From Pseudovirgaria hyperparasitica (Eukaryota): 64,000 nucleotides of DNA. The number at the start of each line of letters is the position of its first letter. Within the stretch, counting starts at the first letter, position 1. This document shows positions 51,070 to 62,700 of the stretch, piece after piece. The notes under the pieces are model-generated. The model worked only from the letters and a program-made list of their open reading frames with translations. It searched no databases and was not told the DNA's origin. The translations under genes and the position numbers were made by a program. Where the stretch lies: the NCBI GenBank assembly GCA_010093815.1, contig ML996579.1, one strand, 5' to 3'.

Positions 51070-51331
51070 GCTTAAGCGACCGTCTAGTAGGTAGCGTGAC
51101 CCGCTGGGTGTTTCTACTCATCCTGCATTGGTTGAATGTGTCTTGACTAGACACCGAAGTACCCACATTATTCGTACATGTCAATGTGAGAGAGAATGTC
51201 GCCGAGGCTCGAATCTTGATATTGGTACAGATCTATATTATTATATATATCTGCTTCCTCGCCATGTCGATCAGTTGGACTTTCCTTGCCCAGCTTCTCT
51301 ACAACTCTGCATATTCACGCACATCGCCACA

Positions 51332-52588
51332 ATGCAGCGCTCAATCATCTATTCCCTGCTGGCCAGCAGTGCCACTGCCTTCCCATTCGTCTCCAATGTC
51401 AAGGGAGTCGACTCGAGCCTTTTCCGTCGTCAGCAGGATGGTAAGGGCCAGCTTGGTGGTCCTGATAATTGCCCATACAATCCTCCCGAGAACCATGTAC
51501 CGGCGGCGCCTGTAACCGACCAGTTTCCCTACAACAGTGCCAAAAATGGTGTTCCTGGTAAAGGAAAGGGTGGCTTCCTCGTCCCCGATCCTGCGGACGC
51601 AGCTCACAAATTCATTGCCCCTGACTACACACGCGATATTCGCGGACCATGCCCCGGTCTTAACGCCGCTGCCAACCACGGTTTCCTCGCCCGCGACGGT
51701 ATCGTCACATTCAATGAGCTTGTCGACGCTCAGCAGAATGTTTACAACGTCGGTTACGACTTGGCTGTCCTTCTTGCCGTTCTTGGTCTCACTACTACAG
51801 ACGGCGATGCCGTGACTATGAAGCTGTCAATCGGTTGTGATGCCACCAACCGCACTTCAGTTGCTCCTCTTCTGACCGGCAGCCAGCCTGGTCTTGATGG
51901 ACACAACAAGTTCGAGGCCGACAGCTCGTTGACTCGTAACGATTTCTTCACCCATGGAGGTGACAACTTCAAGATGAACGCCACTCTCTTCAGCATGATG
52001 ACCGACACCACTGGTGGTCTCTACAACCTTGAGAACCTTGCTCTGTATCGTGCTCAACGTTACGACCAGTCCGTTGCTGAGAACCCCAACTTCTACTTCG
52101 GTCCATTCAGTCTGCTGCTATTCGGAGCCGCATCCTTCTTGTATGAGCTGATGCCCAGTGGCCCCAACTACACTCCTGATGTACCTACAATCTCGTCCTT
52201 CTTCGGTGCTGAGAAGGTCAACGGTGTATGGCGATTCAATGGCAAGGAGAAGATCCCAGATAACTGGACCAACCGCGTTGAGCCATACAGCATCCTCGAT
52301 GTAGGCGCCCAGATCTTCGCCATGTATGGCCTTCACCCCAAGGCTTTCGGCGGCAACACCGGCGATGGGCAATTCAACTTCGTCAACTTCGGCGACATCA
52401 AAGATGGCAAGCTGCCAGCCGCCCCTTCAGCTACCAGCGTCTCTTGCCTACTCTACATGCTTGCCACCGAGCGTGTGCCATCTTCGCTCAACGGTGTCAT
52501 TACCCCGACCGTCGATGCTCTCTCGCTTGCCCTGAGCAAGCTCAACCCCCAGTTCAAGAACTTGGGCTGTCCTCTTCGCCTCACCTAA
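51332..52588 (+). CDS. Secreted heme-thiolate peroxidase (chloroperoxidase / unspecific peroxygenase family, long type), 418 aa, intronless
   Basis: Signal peptide MQRSIIYSLLASSATA; KR/RR-type propeptide end (FRR|QQ); proximal PCP motif RGPCPGLNAAANHGF; distal HNKFEADSSLTRND; NPNFYF; EKIPDNW. Confidence 0.93.
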   Translation: MQRSIIYSLLASSATAFPFVSNVKGVDSSLFRRQQDGKGQLGGPDNCPYNPPENHVPAAPVTDQFPYNSAKNGVPGKGKGGFLVPDPADAAHKFIAPDYTRDIRGPCPGLNAAANHGFLARDGIVTFNELVDAQQNVYNVGYDLAVLLAVLGLTTTDGDAVTMKLSIGCDATNRTSVAPLLTGSQPGLDGHNKFEADSSLTRNDFFTHGGDNFKMNATLFSMMTDTTGGLYNLENLALYRAQRYDQSVAENPNFYFGPFSLLLFGAASFLYELMPSGPNYTPDVPTISSFFGAEKVNGVWRFNGKEKIPDNWTNRVEPYSILDVGAQIFAMYGLHPKAFGGNTGDGQFNFVNFGDIKDGKLPAAPSATSVSCLLYMLATERVPSSLNGVITPTVDALSLALSKLNPQFKNLGCPLRLT

Positions 52589-55439
52589 ACGGTCACAGAC
52601 CCTATTTATGTAATTACGAATGTTCATGTTGTTATGCATCGGTTGGTTGGGAGCGTGGCATGGTGTGGGTCTTGGACTTAGACACACGAAACTTGTACAT
52701 AGTTGATGTCTAGTAAAATGATATTGAGATTTAACACTGTTAATGATTTTGCCACATGGCTGTCCTGCATGCATCTGCACGAGAGAAATGTACACTGGAA
52801 AGCATTCTACATCTCTGTCTACTGTACCTCGACTACCGTGTCCATATCACTTGGCCATGGCTACTGTTCAACGGAATATGCGCCGTGCTGTTCTCATGAA
52901 CCCAAAACTTCAAGTCGCCTATTAACACACTCACTCCAACCTACCGACAGTGCCCGAAGACACAAACATCTACAACAGGCACACATTCATAGCCACCCGT
53001 CCCGAACTGCTCCACATCCATGACTCTCACCGTGATATTCCGCCAAAACTTACCTAATAGTCAACCCACAAAAGCCACCGGATCATCCCGAGCACCACAT
53101 GTGTATATCTCTCCCTTCCGTTGCCAACCAACATGCACGTCGAAAATCTAGACAGCCTTACCTGGCAAAGTCCGCTGGCTTGCATTTACATCGTATATTC
53201 TCTGCCAGCACTGGTGCTGACTATCTGGCATGGCATGCAGTCACGGGCTATATTAGGCTATTTCCAAACCCATCTTTTGTCAAAATTACGCTTTTTTAAC
53301 ACATTTTGGCGTTGACAATGGCAATGACGATAATTCAAACATCGCGTGGGGCATACCTACATACCAGGTATCACGTTGATCCTTCTGGTGTGGCGGGACA
53401 TAATGTCGACATTACCATGCGGATGATCGGCCCCGGGGGGCCCATTCCATCCCGGCTGGACGTATCCTGGATACTCAATACATCCTTGGTTGTTATGCCA
53501 GCGATGGGGATCTGGCGCCACACGCAGCTAGGCAACATCGCCAGAGTCGGGTGACTTGGCTGTCATGAGCGCTTCTCTCTCTCTTTCTCTCTAAGAACCA
53601 CTCTGTAGCGACGTAATACAGGAGGAAGAGATAGAGTTGGCGGGGGAGGACCCTGGTCCTGGTCAGACGCCAGGTTGGGATCCGGATGCAGATGGGGCGC
53701 TTCCCCGCATCCGTCCACCCTGGACGCCCCACTCATCCTTCCAGGGGGCCGAGGCTGACATTTGATAATTGAGTGATTGGTTGTCTTGCGTGTAATTATT
53801 CGATTTTGCGAAGATACTTCATGTGATCGAGGATGGTGGGGTGAGGGAGTCACGTCATGGTGCATAGGGGGGTGGGGGGCATGGGGAAGAGGTTTGTTGT
53901 GGAAGTAAAGTAAAGTGCATTGCATGCATACTGAGGCGAAATAATGTATCATCGTTAGGCATTCCTTCTTTTCGTTCTTATTTAAATATTACTATGGAGT
54001 AGATGTAATGATGAGATTGCAGATCGCAATTCTCCGTCGATCCTTCTAATGATGCAAATGCTTTACCTTCCTCCTTCTTTACAAACAAATGCATGCCCAT
54101 ATGTTGTATCACTGCCCAGTAGAGTCTTCCTATTTACCCGAAGACATTGGAGTCGTTTATTTCTACAGCATGACGACTCATGACAACCAGCCATGACCAA
54201 CGTCAACATAGTAATACACTGACTGCCACTGGAATATTACGAGATGGCAAATACAAAGTTCCGCCTAGAGCAGCTTCTCATCAAGTAACTGATACGCTAG
54301 AAGCGTGTTTCAATATATCAATGATTCACAGCTTGTCGAAGCGTTCGCTGGTCCCCCATCGACGCTATATTGACGCGTGTCAGTAATCGAGACCTGGAAG
54401 CTGTCTAGACTTCTTACTATTTACGACCATTACCCCTAACCAGTAGCCTATAGAAATGTTGAGAACTCTCGCATCTTTCTCATGCCTAGTCAGTGACGAT
54501 CGGCCAATTTGAGTATTGACGTCCCTAAAACCATCTTGTAATGGTATCTACAAACTATTGTGGTCCACTGTTCTGTTCCGATCCTCTGGCGTTGGATTTG
54601 GTCGCTTCTGTGCCTACCGGTCTACGCTGCCGTGAGAATGACGATAATGGCTTAACTATGAATGAACAGTCCTGTCCCTAGCCAAAGCCAACCCAGCTGT
54701 TTCTCTTGTCTCTTCGGACTTTTCCTGCCGGTGTCATAGGGCCTTGTTGTACCTCGATGCGCTGAAAGATGCTGAAAAGATGTTAAACACAAGGTCCTGG
54801 TCACTGCAATACAATGCATTTGGCTGCTGATCGGAAGATGGTCCCCTCTCCCGTGGCTGCATTGGTGAACTCAGCCAGCGTTACGCCTACACTGTTGCCA
54901 ACCTGTCCCTGACTTGCCGGAGACCTCACGGACGTTCGCAGTGGATCCCAAACAGATATCCACTGAGTTGTGTTGAGTCGATACCATCGACTAAGCCCTT
55001 AGCTCGACCCCATTCTCCGGGATACTATCAAGCTCATAGACCGTACACTGCATACATGCATCCTCATCCATAGGAGTTAGGACCGACCAACTTACCAAGT
55101 CACCTATCGCAACCTCTACATCTCGTTACCCAATTTCCTCACATCTCTGACTGCCGCCACATCGACACGGTGCGCTCTTGCTGTCCTGCACCTAATCCTC
55201 CCTTCAGCTCTAAGTCCTATCACAAGGTACTGTTATGAACGCGAACATGGAAAACTGCGAGACGACAATTGTCCACGCCTGTACCCCATGTCGCCGAGGA
55301 ATGAAGAGAATGCATACATCGCACTGAGACTTAGTGACGCTCACGAACATTATACAGTTCTCAACGCTAACTTCTAACTACCGCTACACTCCCAGATATC
55401 GAGTATGTACCATCGGCGTGGGTGTCACCATATAATGCA

Positions 55440-56160
55440 TATATGCCCATGCAGCTCCTCTTGAACCCTCTACCAGGAATCCATCAACAGCACTGAGAAA
55501 CTCTGGCATAGGTCATGATCGCTCGGGATTATATCCCTTCTCCTTCTTGGTGCAGCCGCTGACGATGACCTTAACAAATGGTCGATCGGTTGCCCGCACC
55601 TAGACGTCACACAGCCAGCGAAACTATCTCAAACGGCTTGCACAACAAACACGAGTGTGACCCAAGCCCTCTCTCTACCAATACAGCAAACACCTTCAAA
55701 TCGCAAAAGATTCAATCCAAACAGCTGTACGACATGCATCCAGTCCAACAAGGCCCCAGTCTAGTAAAGTACAGTCTGGAGAACACCCTCACCGAAAATT
55801 CACTCCTCAAAACTTCGACCGAAGGATCCACAGCAACCCCCTATTCTCTTCAACGCGCCCTTGGCCAGCTCCGCTTCGGACAAGCCCAGCCAGGCCGCAT
55901 AGATGTTCATCTACCGCTTCATAGGCAACAAACCCGCGGAGCCTCCCAGACGGCAGTTCCAAGCAAGGTCGTTCCTCAAGTCCTTCTTCAGCTTCTACGA
56001 GAACCTAGATGGCGAACGAATTCCGGATAACTGACTGATACAAGCACGCGCCCCTGGATGACGCCTACACAGTCCCTTTTCTTGAAAATTCGACATCCTC
56101 AACCCTCTAGCCATCGGCGACACCACGAAAACAAACCAACTCCTTCCACCGCAATCCCAC
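55440..56160 (+). pseudogene. Decayed second heme-thiolate peroxidase gene
   Basis: Collinear family motifs across shifting frames: LLGAAADDDLNKWSIG (to 55590), HNKHECDPSP (55641-55670), KQLYDM, FDRRIHSNP/LFNAP, QAA*MFIYRFIGNKPAE (stop 55900-55902), LKSFFS, ERIPDN* (56014-56034), DDAYTVPF, IGDTTKTN. Confidence 0.8.
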
Positions 56161-57661
56161 CGGACAATCTTCCATCGCCAGCTGACTCAATCGCGGTGCA
56201 TCAACACCACAGGTCCACAGCTTCACTGACCTGATGTGTTTTGCTTCCTGGTTTGCACACGCGAGGCCGATTACAATGCTATAGAACGGCTACTGCGTTG
56301 TTGAGTCTACAGTGTAGACCCGTTAGTAGGTTGCGGCTGATGGATGATTCACTGTTGAGGCAGTTCTCTGAGGTACATATGCAAGGGTCACTAGGGCGGC
56401 GCGGGATATGGCGGCTTGATTAGACGGGTAGATATGCAGTATGGTGTGGCGTGGATGTGTGTGCATTGTGGGCTTTGAGATTTGATGTTTACCTTTGGTT
56501 TTATTTGGTTCTGATTTGAGCAGTATGATGTGGTGAGCTGATTAGACGACGAGCAAGATTCTTGGAATGTATGGTGAGGGAAAGGGAAGAGAGGGGTGTA
56601 TTTGGGAATCTTGTATATAGTATATAAGCTAGGTCGAGCTGAATTAATCTCAGTGGAGTGGTCATGCGAGACAGAAAGACAGACAAGCCATATCCCACAG
56701 CATTTACGTTTACGTCCGATCTTCCAGGGCATGTCATGAATTCTATCTTTCGTGCTCCGTATCTCCATATCGTCCCAATGATTGTAGAGGAGAGAGAAGG
56801 AGAGAGACAGAGATTAATCCCGCGTATCTAATCCCGAGCAACATTCCCATGGAGAATACTCCCAAGCAAACGACCAAATCCAAAAGAAACAATAACGAAT
56901 CTTACATCGCCGTTGATGCCCCGCACATCAATACTAAACATCCAACGCCAATGCCAATCCCAAACCCATATACAACCCCAAACTCAATTCCTCCCCTGAA
57001 AAGGGGCCACAGACTCACTTACCACATATATACATCCATTGAGCGTAATGGCTGATATATGTCAATTATATTAGTCATATCGGAAAACAGAGTCAAGGAT
57101 TCATAGATTGAAGAATCATATCTGAGAAGAACGTTATACGGCTAAGAAGGGTCTTCTCGAGTCTATACGCCATAGAATGTCATAGTTCTTCCTTTATTCA
57201 TGCCCGTTCGAAATCCACGCTGTTAGATCGACAACGAGAATACGTCTGACGTCGTTGTCTTTTTGGCTTTACAGATGCTTGTTTGGTATTTGCTTGCAGA
57301 TCGAGATGGAGAGCTTGTCTAACGTGCTCTTTGTACTTTCCGCTTTATAGATGCTCGTTCTAGAGTTGACGCTGTCAGAGGGTCAAGATCAAGAATTTGC
57401 TCCAAATTTGTTCTTTGTATTGTTTCAAACAAAAACAGGAGTGTCTCTGGTCATACCCACATCTGCTATCGACGTCATTACAGCCGTGAACTTACACATT
57501 TTTGCGGTCGGTGAAGGAGATAGGGGCATAACACCGCTTGAATCCTGTTTTCCATCTATGCCCATATACACAGACGTACGTACACACGCACCATCCCATC
57601 AGCAAAACCTTTCCTTCCTGAGGAGCGCCCCTTTCCATCCATCCTCCCCTGTATTCCATCC

Positions 57662-58511
57662 TCACACATAACCTGTTTCAAGTCAGCGCAAAATCTCAAG
57701 ATATACGGTATGATCAAGCGAGGGTCCCACCTTTGCGCGCGCCCTGAAAGAAGAAGCGCACAATAAACACCTGCAGACCAGCCATGGCAACCATCATCAA
57801 GCTCTCCATGACACTGAAATTAAAGATGCGCTTCTCGGTGCTGCGCACGGTGCTAAAGTTTCTGTTTTCGCGCGTGCGGAAGTATTTCTGGTTGCGCGTT
57901 ATTGTGGAGATGGAGGAGGAGAGCTTGAGGATCGAGTCTTCGAGCTTCGAGGTTTGCTCGGGTGTTGTGCCTTGTTTGGAGGGGATTTGGGCGGGGCGGA
58001 CTTCGTTCTCGACCTGTTGGGAGGTTAGGTAAGAGAGAGAGGGAGTGTTATGTCTTGTTTCCGGGGGGAGAGGGGATGTGTATGTGGTTGTGTATGTGCG
58101 TGCATACCGAGATCTCGAAATCAACTGTCTTCTCCGCAAACGTGCTCATCTCATTGTTGAAGCAGAAGCGATACTCGCCGAGGTCGTTCGCGGTGAATAC
58201 AAAGTCGCCCTGGCGCTCCTTGTGACCAGCCAGGACCTCGCGCTCATTGGGCCCGACAACGGAGTAATCGACGTCAAAGGAGCCGCCCGATTGTACCTGA
58301 TGTCTCGCATCAATAACACGCTCTATGTGGGAAGTTTGGTCCCGGGTATAACACGTACTGCGAAGTAGAATGCAATCTTGGCGCCAACTTGTTGCACGTC
58401 GGTGAAGTAGCAGGCCTTCTCGTGCGCGAGCAGCTTATATGTGAGCGCGGTGCCAGAGACGGCGCTGGTGAGGAAGGCCAGGAGGCTCACGAGAGCTAAT
58501 GTCGTCTGCAT
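57662..58511 (-). CDS. p24/emp24/gp25L family GOLD-domain cargo receptor (Erp3-like); 4 exons (58511-58359, 58296-58108, 58013-57731, 57672-57662)
   Basis: Signal peptide; EKACYF; FAVQSGGSFDVDY; GEYRFCFNNEMSTFAEK; QKYFRTRENRNFSTVRST; TM segment. Tail FFQGARKGYV* is completed by an 11-nt terminal exon. Confidence 0.93.
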
Positions 58512-58761
58512 TGTCGGTCACGGTCGCGTCGTGCGGGCGGGTGAGTGTTTCGAGTGAGTCTTGAAGAGACAATTATCAGTTAGTTGTCCAAAAGGAGGAG
58601 CTAGCGGAGCGGAGCAGCTAGAGGGAGAGCCAGGGTCCGAGGCTTGGCGTGGCTTTCCGCAACGTAACTACTTTAAAGCTTCTCACTTATTCTCTACCTC
58701 AATATCTACAACCCAAACAATGAGCGCGTAGTAGGACGTATACACGCACGCACACCAAACC

Positions 58762-59580
58762 ATGCACTCTACTCTAGTCCGCGGACAGAATGTCTTCGGC
58801 TTCTTCACGACCGTCGCATTCTGCGTCGCCGGCATCATCGCCGCATCCGTCTTCCTGATCCCCCAAGCCCCCTCCGCCAGCCTCCAGCTGCGCAACGTGC
58901 AAGTGTATGCCCTCCACGAAACCACTCTCCAACCTCGAAGTTTCCGTCACTTGCTAACACCCAATCACAGCGTCAAGGGCCGCCCGCACTACTACTCGCC
59001 CAAGCGCGAAGAATACGCACACATCAAATTCGACCTCGACGCCGACCTCACCACGCTCTTCAACTGGAACACAAAGCAAGTCTTCCTGTACATCACCGCG
59101 ACCTACCCGTCCCTCCGCGCGTCCGAGCCCGCCTCCTCGGCCATAATATGGGACGCCATCATCCCGTCCTCGTCCGCGCCCTGGCACACAAACCACTACA
59201 TCCACCCCGTCGCCCCGTCCGACAAATCTGCCACCACAAAGGGCAAGAAGAATAGTAGCAAGAGCAAGAAGGCGGCTAAAAAGAGCGCGTACCCGGCTGG
59301 CGAGCTGCATCTGAAGAATCAGCGCCCGAAATATCAGATTACGGATTATGCAGGCCGGATTGCGAATCGTACTGATGCGGTGTTGGAGTTGCACTATAAT
59401 GTGCAGCCGTGGGTGGGCTTGTTGTTGTGGGATCGCCGGAGCGACATTGCGATGTGGAAGGGTTTGGAGGGCGGGCGCAGCGAGCTGTTTAACTTCCCGG
59501 GCTTGAAGGGTGCGGCGGCGAAGAAGGAGGATTTGAAGACGGAGAAGGGCGCCGAGGGGCATCGGTTGATGGCTGGGTAG
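58762..59580 (+). CDS. SPC3: Signal peptidase complex subunit Spc3/SPC22; 2 exons (58762-58904, 58971-59580)
   Basis: MHSTLVRGQNVFGFFTTVAF TM segment; FDLDADLTTLFNWNTKQVFLY; IIWDAII; KNQRPKY; YNVQPWVG. Intron GTATGC..GCTAAC..CAG. Confidence 0.92.
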   Translation: MHSTLVRGQNVFGFFTTVAFCVAGIIAASVFLIPQAPSASLQLRNVQVYALHETTLQPRSFRHLLTPNHSVKGRPHYYSPKREEYAHIKFDLDADLTTLFNWNTKQVFLYITATYPSLRASEPASSAIIWDAIIPSSSAPWHTNHYIHPVAPSDKSATTKGKKNSSKSKKAAKKSAYPAGELHLKNQRPKYQITDYAGRIANRTDAVLELHYNVQPWVGLLLWDRRSDIAMWKGLEGGRSELFNFPGLKGAAAKKEDLKTEKGAEGHRLMAG

Positions 59581-59735
59581 GCGATTTTCTGGGCCGAGCT
59601 GTGCAAAAAAAACATGAAAGGGGGTTCACGGGATTAGGACACTTTAGGACACTTTGCATATAGTAGAACCTGTGCAAACAAACAAGCAAGACAGACGCCT
59701 GTGACTGGTCGTCCGAACACCACTCACTCCCCGTA

Positions 59736-62700
59736 TTAAAACACATATCGCTCCGCTTCCTCCTTCTTCACCAGCGCAACCTGTCTCGCGCGAATCTCCT
59801 TGATGAACCCCGTCTCCTTATCCGTCAGCTGCAGTCCCGTCTTCACTTTCGCAGCCAGCTGGTCAATCACGCCCTGCACCACCATTGCACTTGCTCGTCC
59901 TCCATAATCACTCGCTTCGGTAAGACTCGCTTCAACAACATGATCTGATGATATAGAAGATCTCTCGTCGTCGATGGACATGTCACTGTCTTGGTCTTCG
60001 TCGTCTCTGCTTGACTTGATGTTCTTGTCTGTCGAACCTATGTTCTTGGCGGGTATATCCCCTTCTGCATTTCGCTCGCGATCCCCCTTTCCATTCTCTT
60101 CCTCATCACTCTCATCATCATCATCATCGTCGTCATCCACCTCCTCCCGCGCCCTAGCCATCCTCTTCGCCAACACCACCTTCTCCGCAGCCCTAAGCCG
60201 TTCCACATACACATCAACGCGATCCACCTCCTCGGGCCCCAGCACCGCACCCGCATCCACACGATCACGGAAGAACTTCAACACATCACCCCTCAGAACC
60301 AGAATCTTCTCCTCATCCGCGAGGGCATCAAAGTCCGCATGAGCCAGCAACTTGCCCCTGACGCGATCACACGCCAGGGCACGGAAGTCATCCCATTCAG
60401 CTGGTGTAACGAGTTCGTTTGCGTGGAGTTTGAGCTTGATATTTGCTGCGGCTAAGAAGAAGCGGATCGTGGGGTGGAGGCATTGGTCTGAGGGGACGGC
60501 GTGGGTGAGATGGGCTGTTGCGGCGCTAACGAGGTGGAGTTTGGTGGGGCTGTCGAGGGGGTGGTTTGCGGTGTCTTTGAGGATGAAGTTCATTGTGATG
60601 GTACTCTGTTCGACGGCCGAGAGGGGCGGGTCGGTGGGCTGGCCGGAGACGGCGAGGTGGAGGCGGCGTTCGGTGAGGATGTCTTGTTTGAAGGCTGCTG
60701 CGGCCGGGCTGAGGGGCTGTGTGGTGCCTGCTTTGGCCTGGAGCTCGGTGATGGCGGCTTCGCGGTGCTTGGTTTCGGCGCGGGCTAAGATGATTTTTTG
60801 GTGCGCGGTTAGGGGGATACCGTGAGCGAGGGCGGCGAATGTGGCGGGGATGGTGTCTTGTCTGGCCTGGCGCTCGAGCTTGCGCGCGTGGACAATTTTG
60901 GCGGTTCTGTTCTCGTCCCAGGCGGTTTCAACGGCGTTGAGGTGTGCGCCGATGCGCTTCTTATGGGAGACGTGCTTGGCCATTACTCTATCGACGGGCA
61001 TATCGACCGGGCGGCCGTGATTATCCATGTAGCCATAGAGGATCATGTCGAGGTAGCGCTTATGGATATCCAACTCTCGCCGGATACCCTCGCGCATGAT
61101 GAGCGTGTCGGGCCTCCACAGGCGCATATTACCCAGCATCCAGCCCTCGCGAGACAGATGGCCGATGAATTGCGCGGGCACGCCCCAAACAGGCCCAAAG
61201 ACTGGCACCTCGGGCTCGTAGCGCGTCATGATCCACAGCTTGAGCATCTTGGTGTCGTTCAGCTTGACCTTGCCGCTGAGGATCTTGTAGAGCGGTGTGA
61301 GGGAGCGCTGGTGCAGGAGCAGCTTACGCAGTGTCAACTCTCCCTCGCTATCGACGGGGTCGTTGAAGCGCATGTCGAGCTTCATGAAGAAGTACGTGGC
61401 CAGGATCAGATCCTCGTCGCTCCAGCGACGCTTGTCGAGCAGCGTCATCATGCGCCACTTGTTGTACGGGTACTCGAGCAAGTGCCAGATCTTGAGGATT
61501 GTGGTGTCGGACTGTGGGGGCAGGAGGTGGTCTTCAAGTTGCAGCCACATGATAATCTTCTGGACGACACCATGGCGATAGTTGAGCATGCCGAGATAGC
61601 GGAGAGACGGCACGTCGCGGACTTGGCCTGGGAATTGGATGCTGCGTTTGTTCAGGGGATCTTTCATGCTCAGACGGGCGTAGTATTGCCAGGGCATGAT
61701 ATCAGCCGCGTGGCCGTAGTTTGCGTAGGCATTGGTGAGGATATAGGTCCTCATGTGAGAGTCGATCAAGTAGTTGAAGTACCTGGACATGGAGTAGAGA
61801 TTTACAAAGGACTTGTAGTCAAGGAAGGTGACGAAGATGAGGAAGACGGCCGGGTCGTGCATGACTGCATCGAAGAGGTTAAATGCGGAGGGCCGTTTTT
61901 CGGCAGGGCAGAGTTGGACGTGCTCATCTTCCTCGTCCATGACTTCGCGGCCTGGATCGAATATGGGCTCATGCTGGTCTGCATGTTTTGTGCGTTTCGT
62001 CATGCGACTCGTGCTTGGACTTTGCGCTCCTGCATTCTCCAACGGCTCATCATCGTCATCGGCCTCGTCAAACGTACGCTTATTGTTCTGGGGTGGGTCA
62101 CACGTTAACATTCGACTCGAACTTGCGGCTGGTTCTTCTTGTCTCCCGTTACCAGACGGACTGTTGTCATCGGTATCAGGACCATGTTCTTCAAGATCTT
62201 GCACCAAGTCGGACGTGAGCAGACGACTGGCCTCCTCTATCCGATTCTCAATTCTGCCCTCCCCATGACTCGTGCCCCCTGAGACGGTTCGGTTCGAAAT
62301 ACTGCCCGAGAAATCGCGATTATGGGCCCAGGAACTCGAGTCAGAAGGTGTACGCTGGGAATCCTTCCCCGAAGCAGAGTGAGCAGTGGTGGGATCGATT
62401 CCTGAACTTGAGATGACTCTCATGAAGTCGTTAAAAGCCCTGCGACGTAGCTCGTCCTCGGCAGCAGATCCGTTTCCCAAAGCTGCGACGTTGCCGGTGG
62501 ATGTTTTTAGCACATCAACATCCATATCGTCGTCGATGTCTGCAGCATCCCAGCTCTCGTAGTCGTTGGGGTCGGGCAATTCTTGATCTGAATCTTGATG
62601 GCCATCGGCGAGGTCGTTGTTCTGCTCAACATGGTCTTCTACTGTGGGTTGGCTGTGTTGCTGTTGTGTTCGGTTACGGTCGTGATCCTCCTCTTCTAGA

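Noticed and set aside
49064..51075. Several 100-160 aa ORFs
   Set aside because: No motifs, splice support or coding-like composition; treated as intergenic.
51128..51331. N-terminal extension of the peroxidase ORF in the track
   Set aside because: Non-ATG start; the signal peptide begins at ATG 51332 in good context.
53670..53691. CCAGGTTGGGATCCGGATGCAG resembling SRP RNA helix 8
   Set aside because: Lacks the GNRA tetraloop and the AGCAG symmetric loop; no Alu or helix-6 context recognised.
60822..62108. 428-aa plus-strand ORF
   Set aside because: Antisense shadow of the 1057-aa gene.
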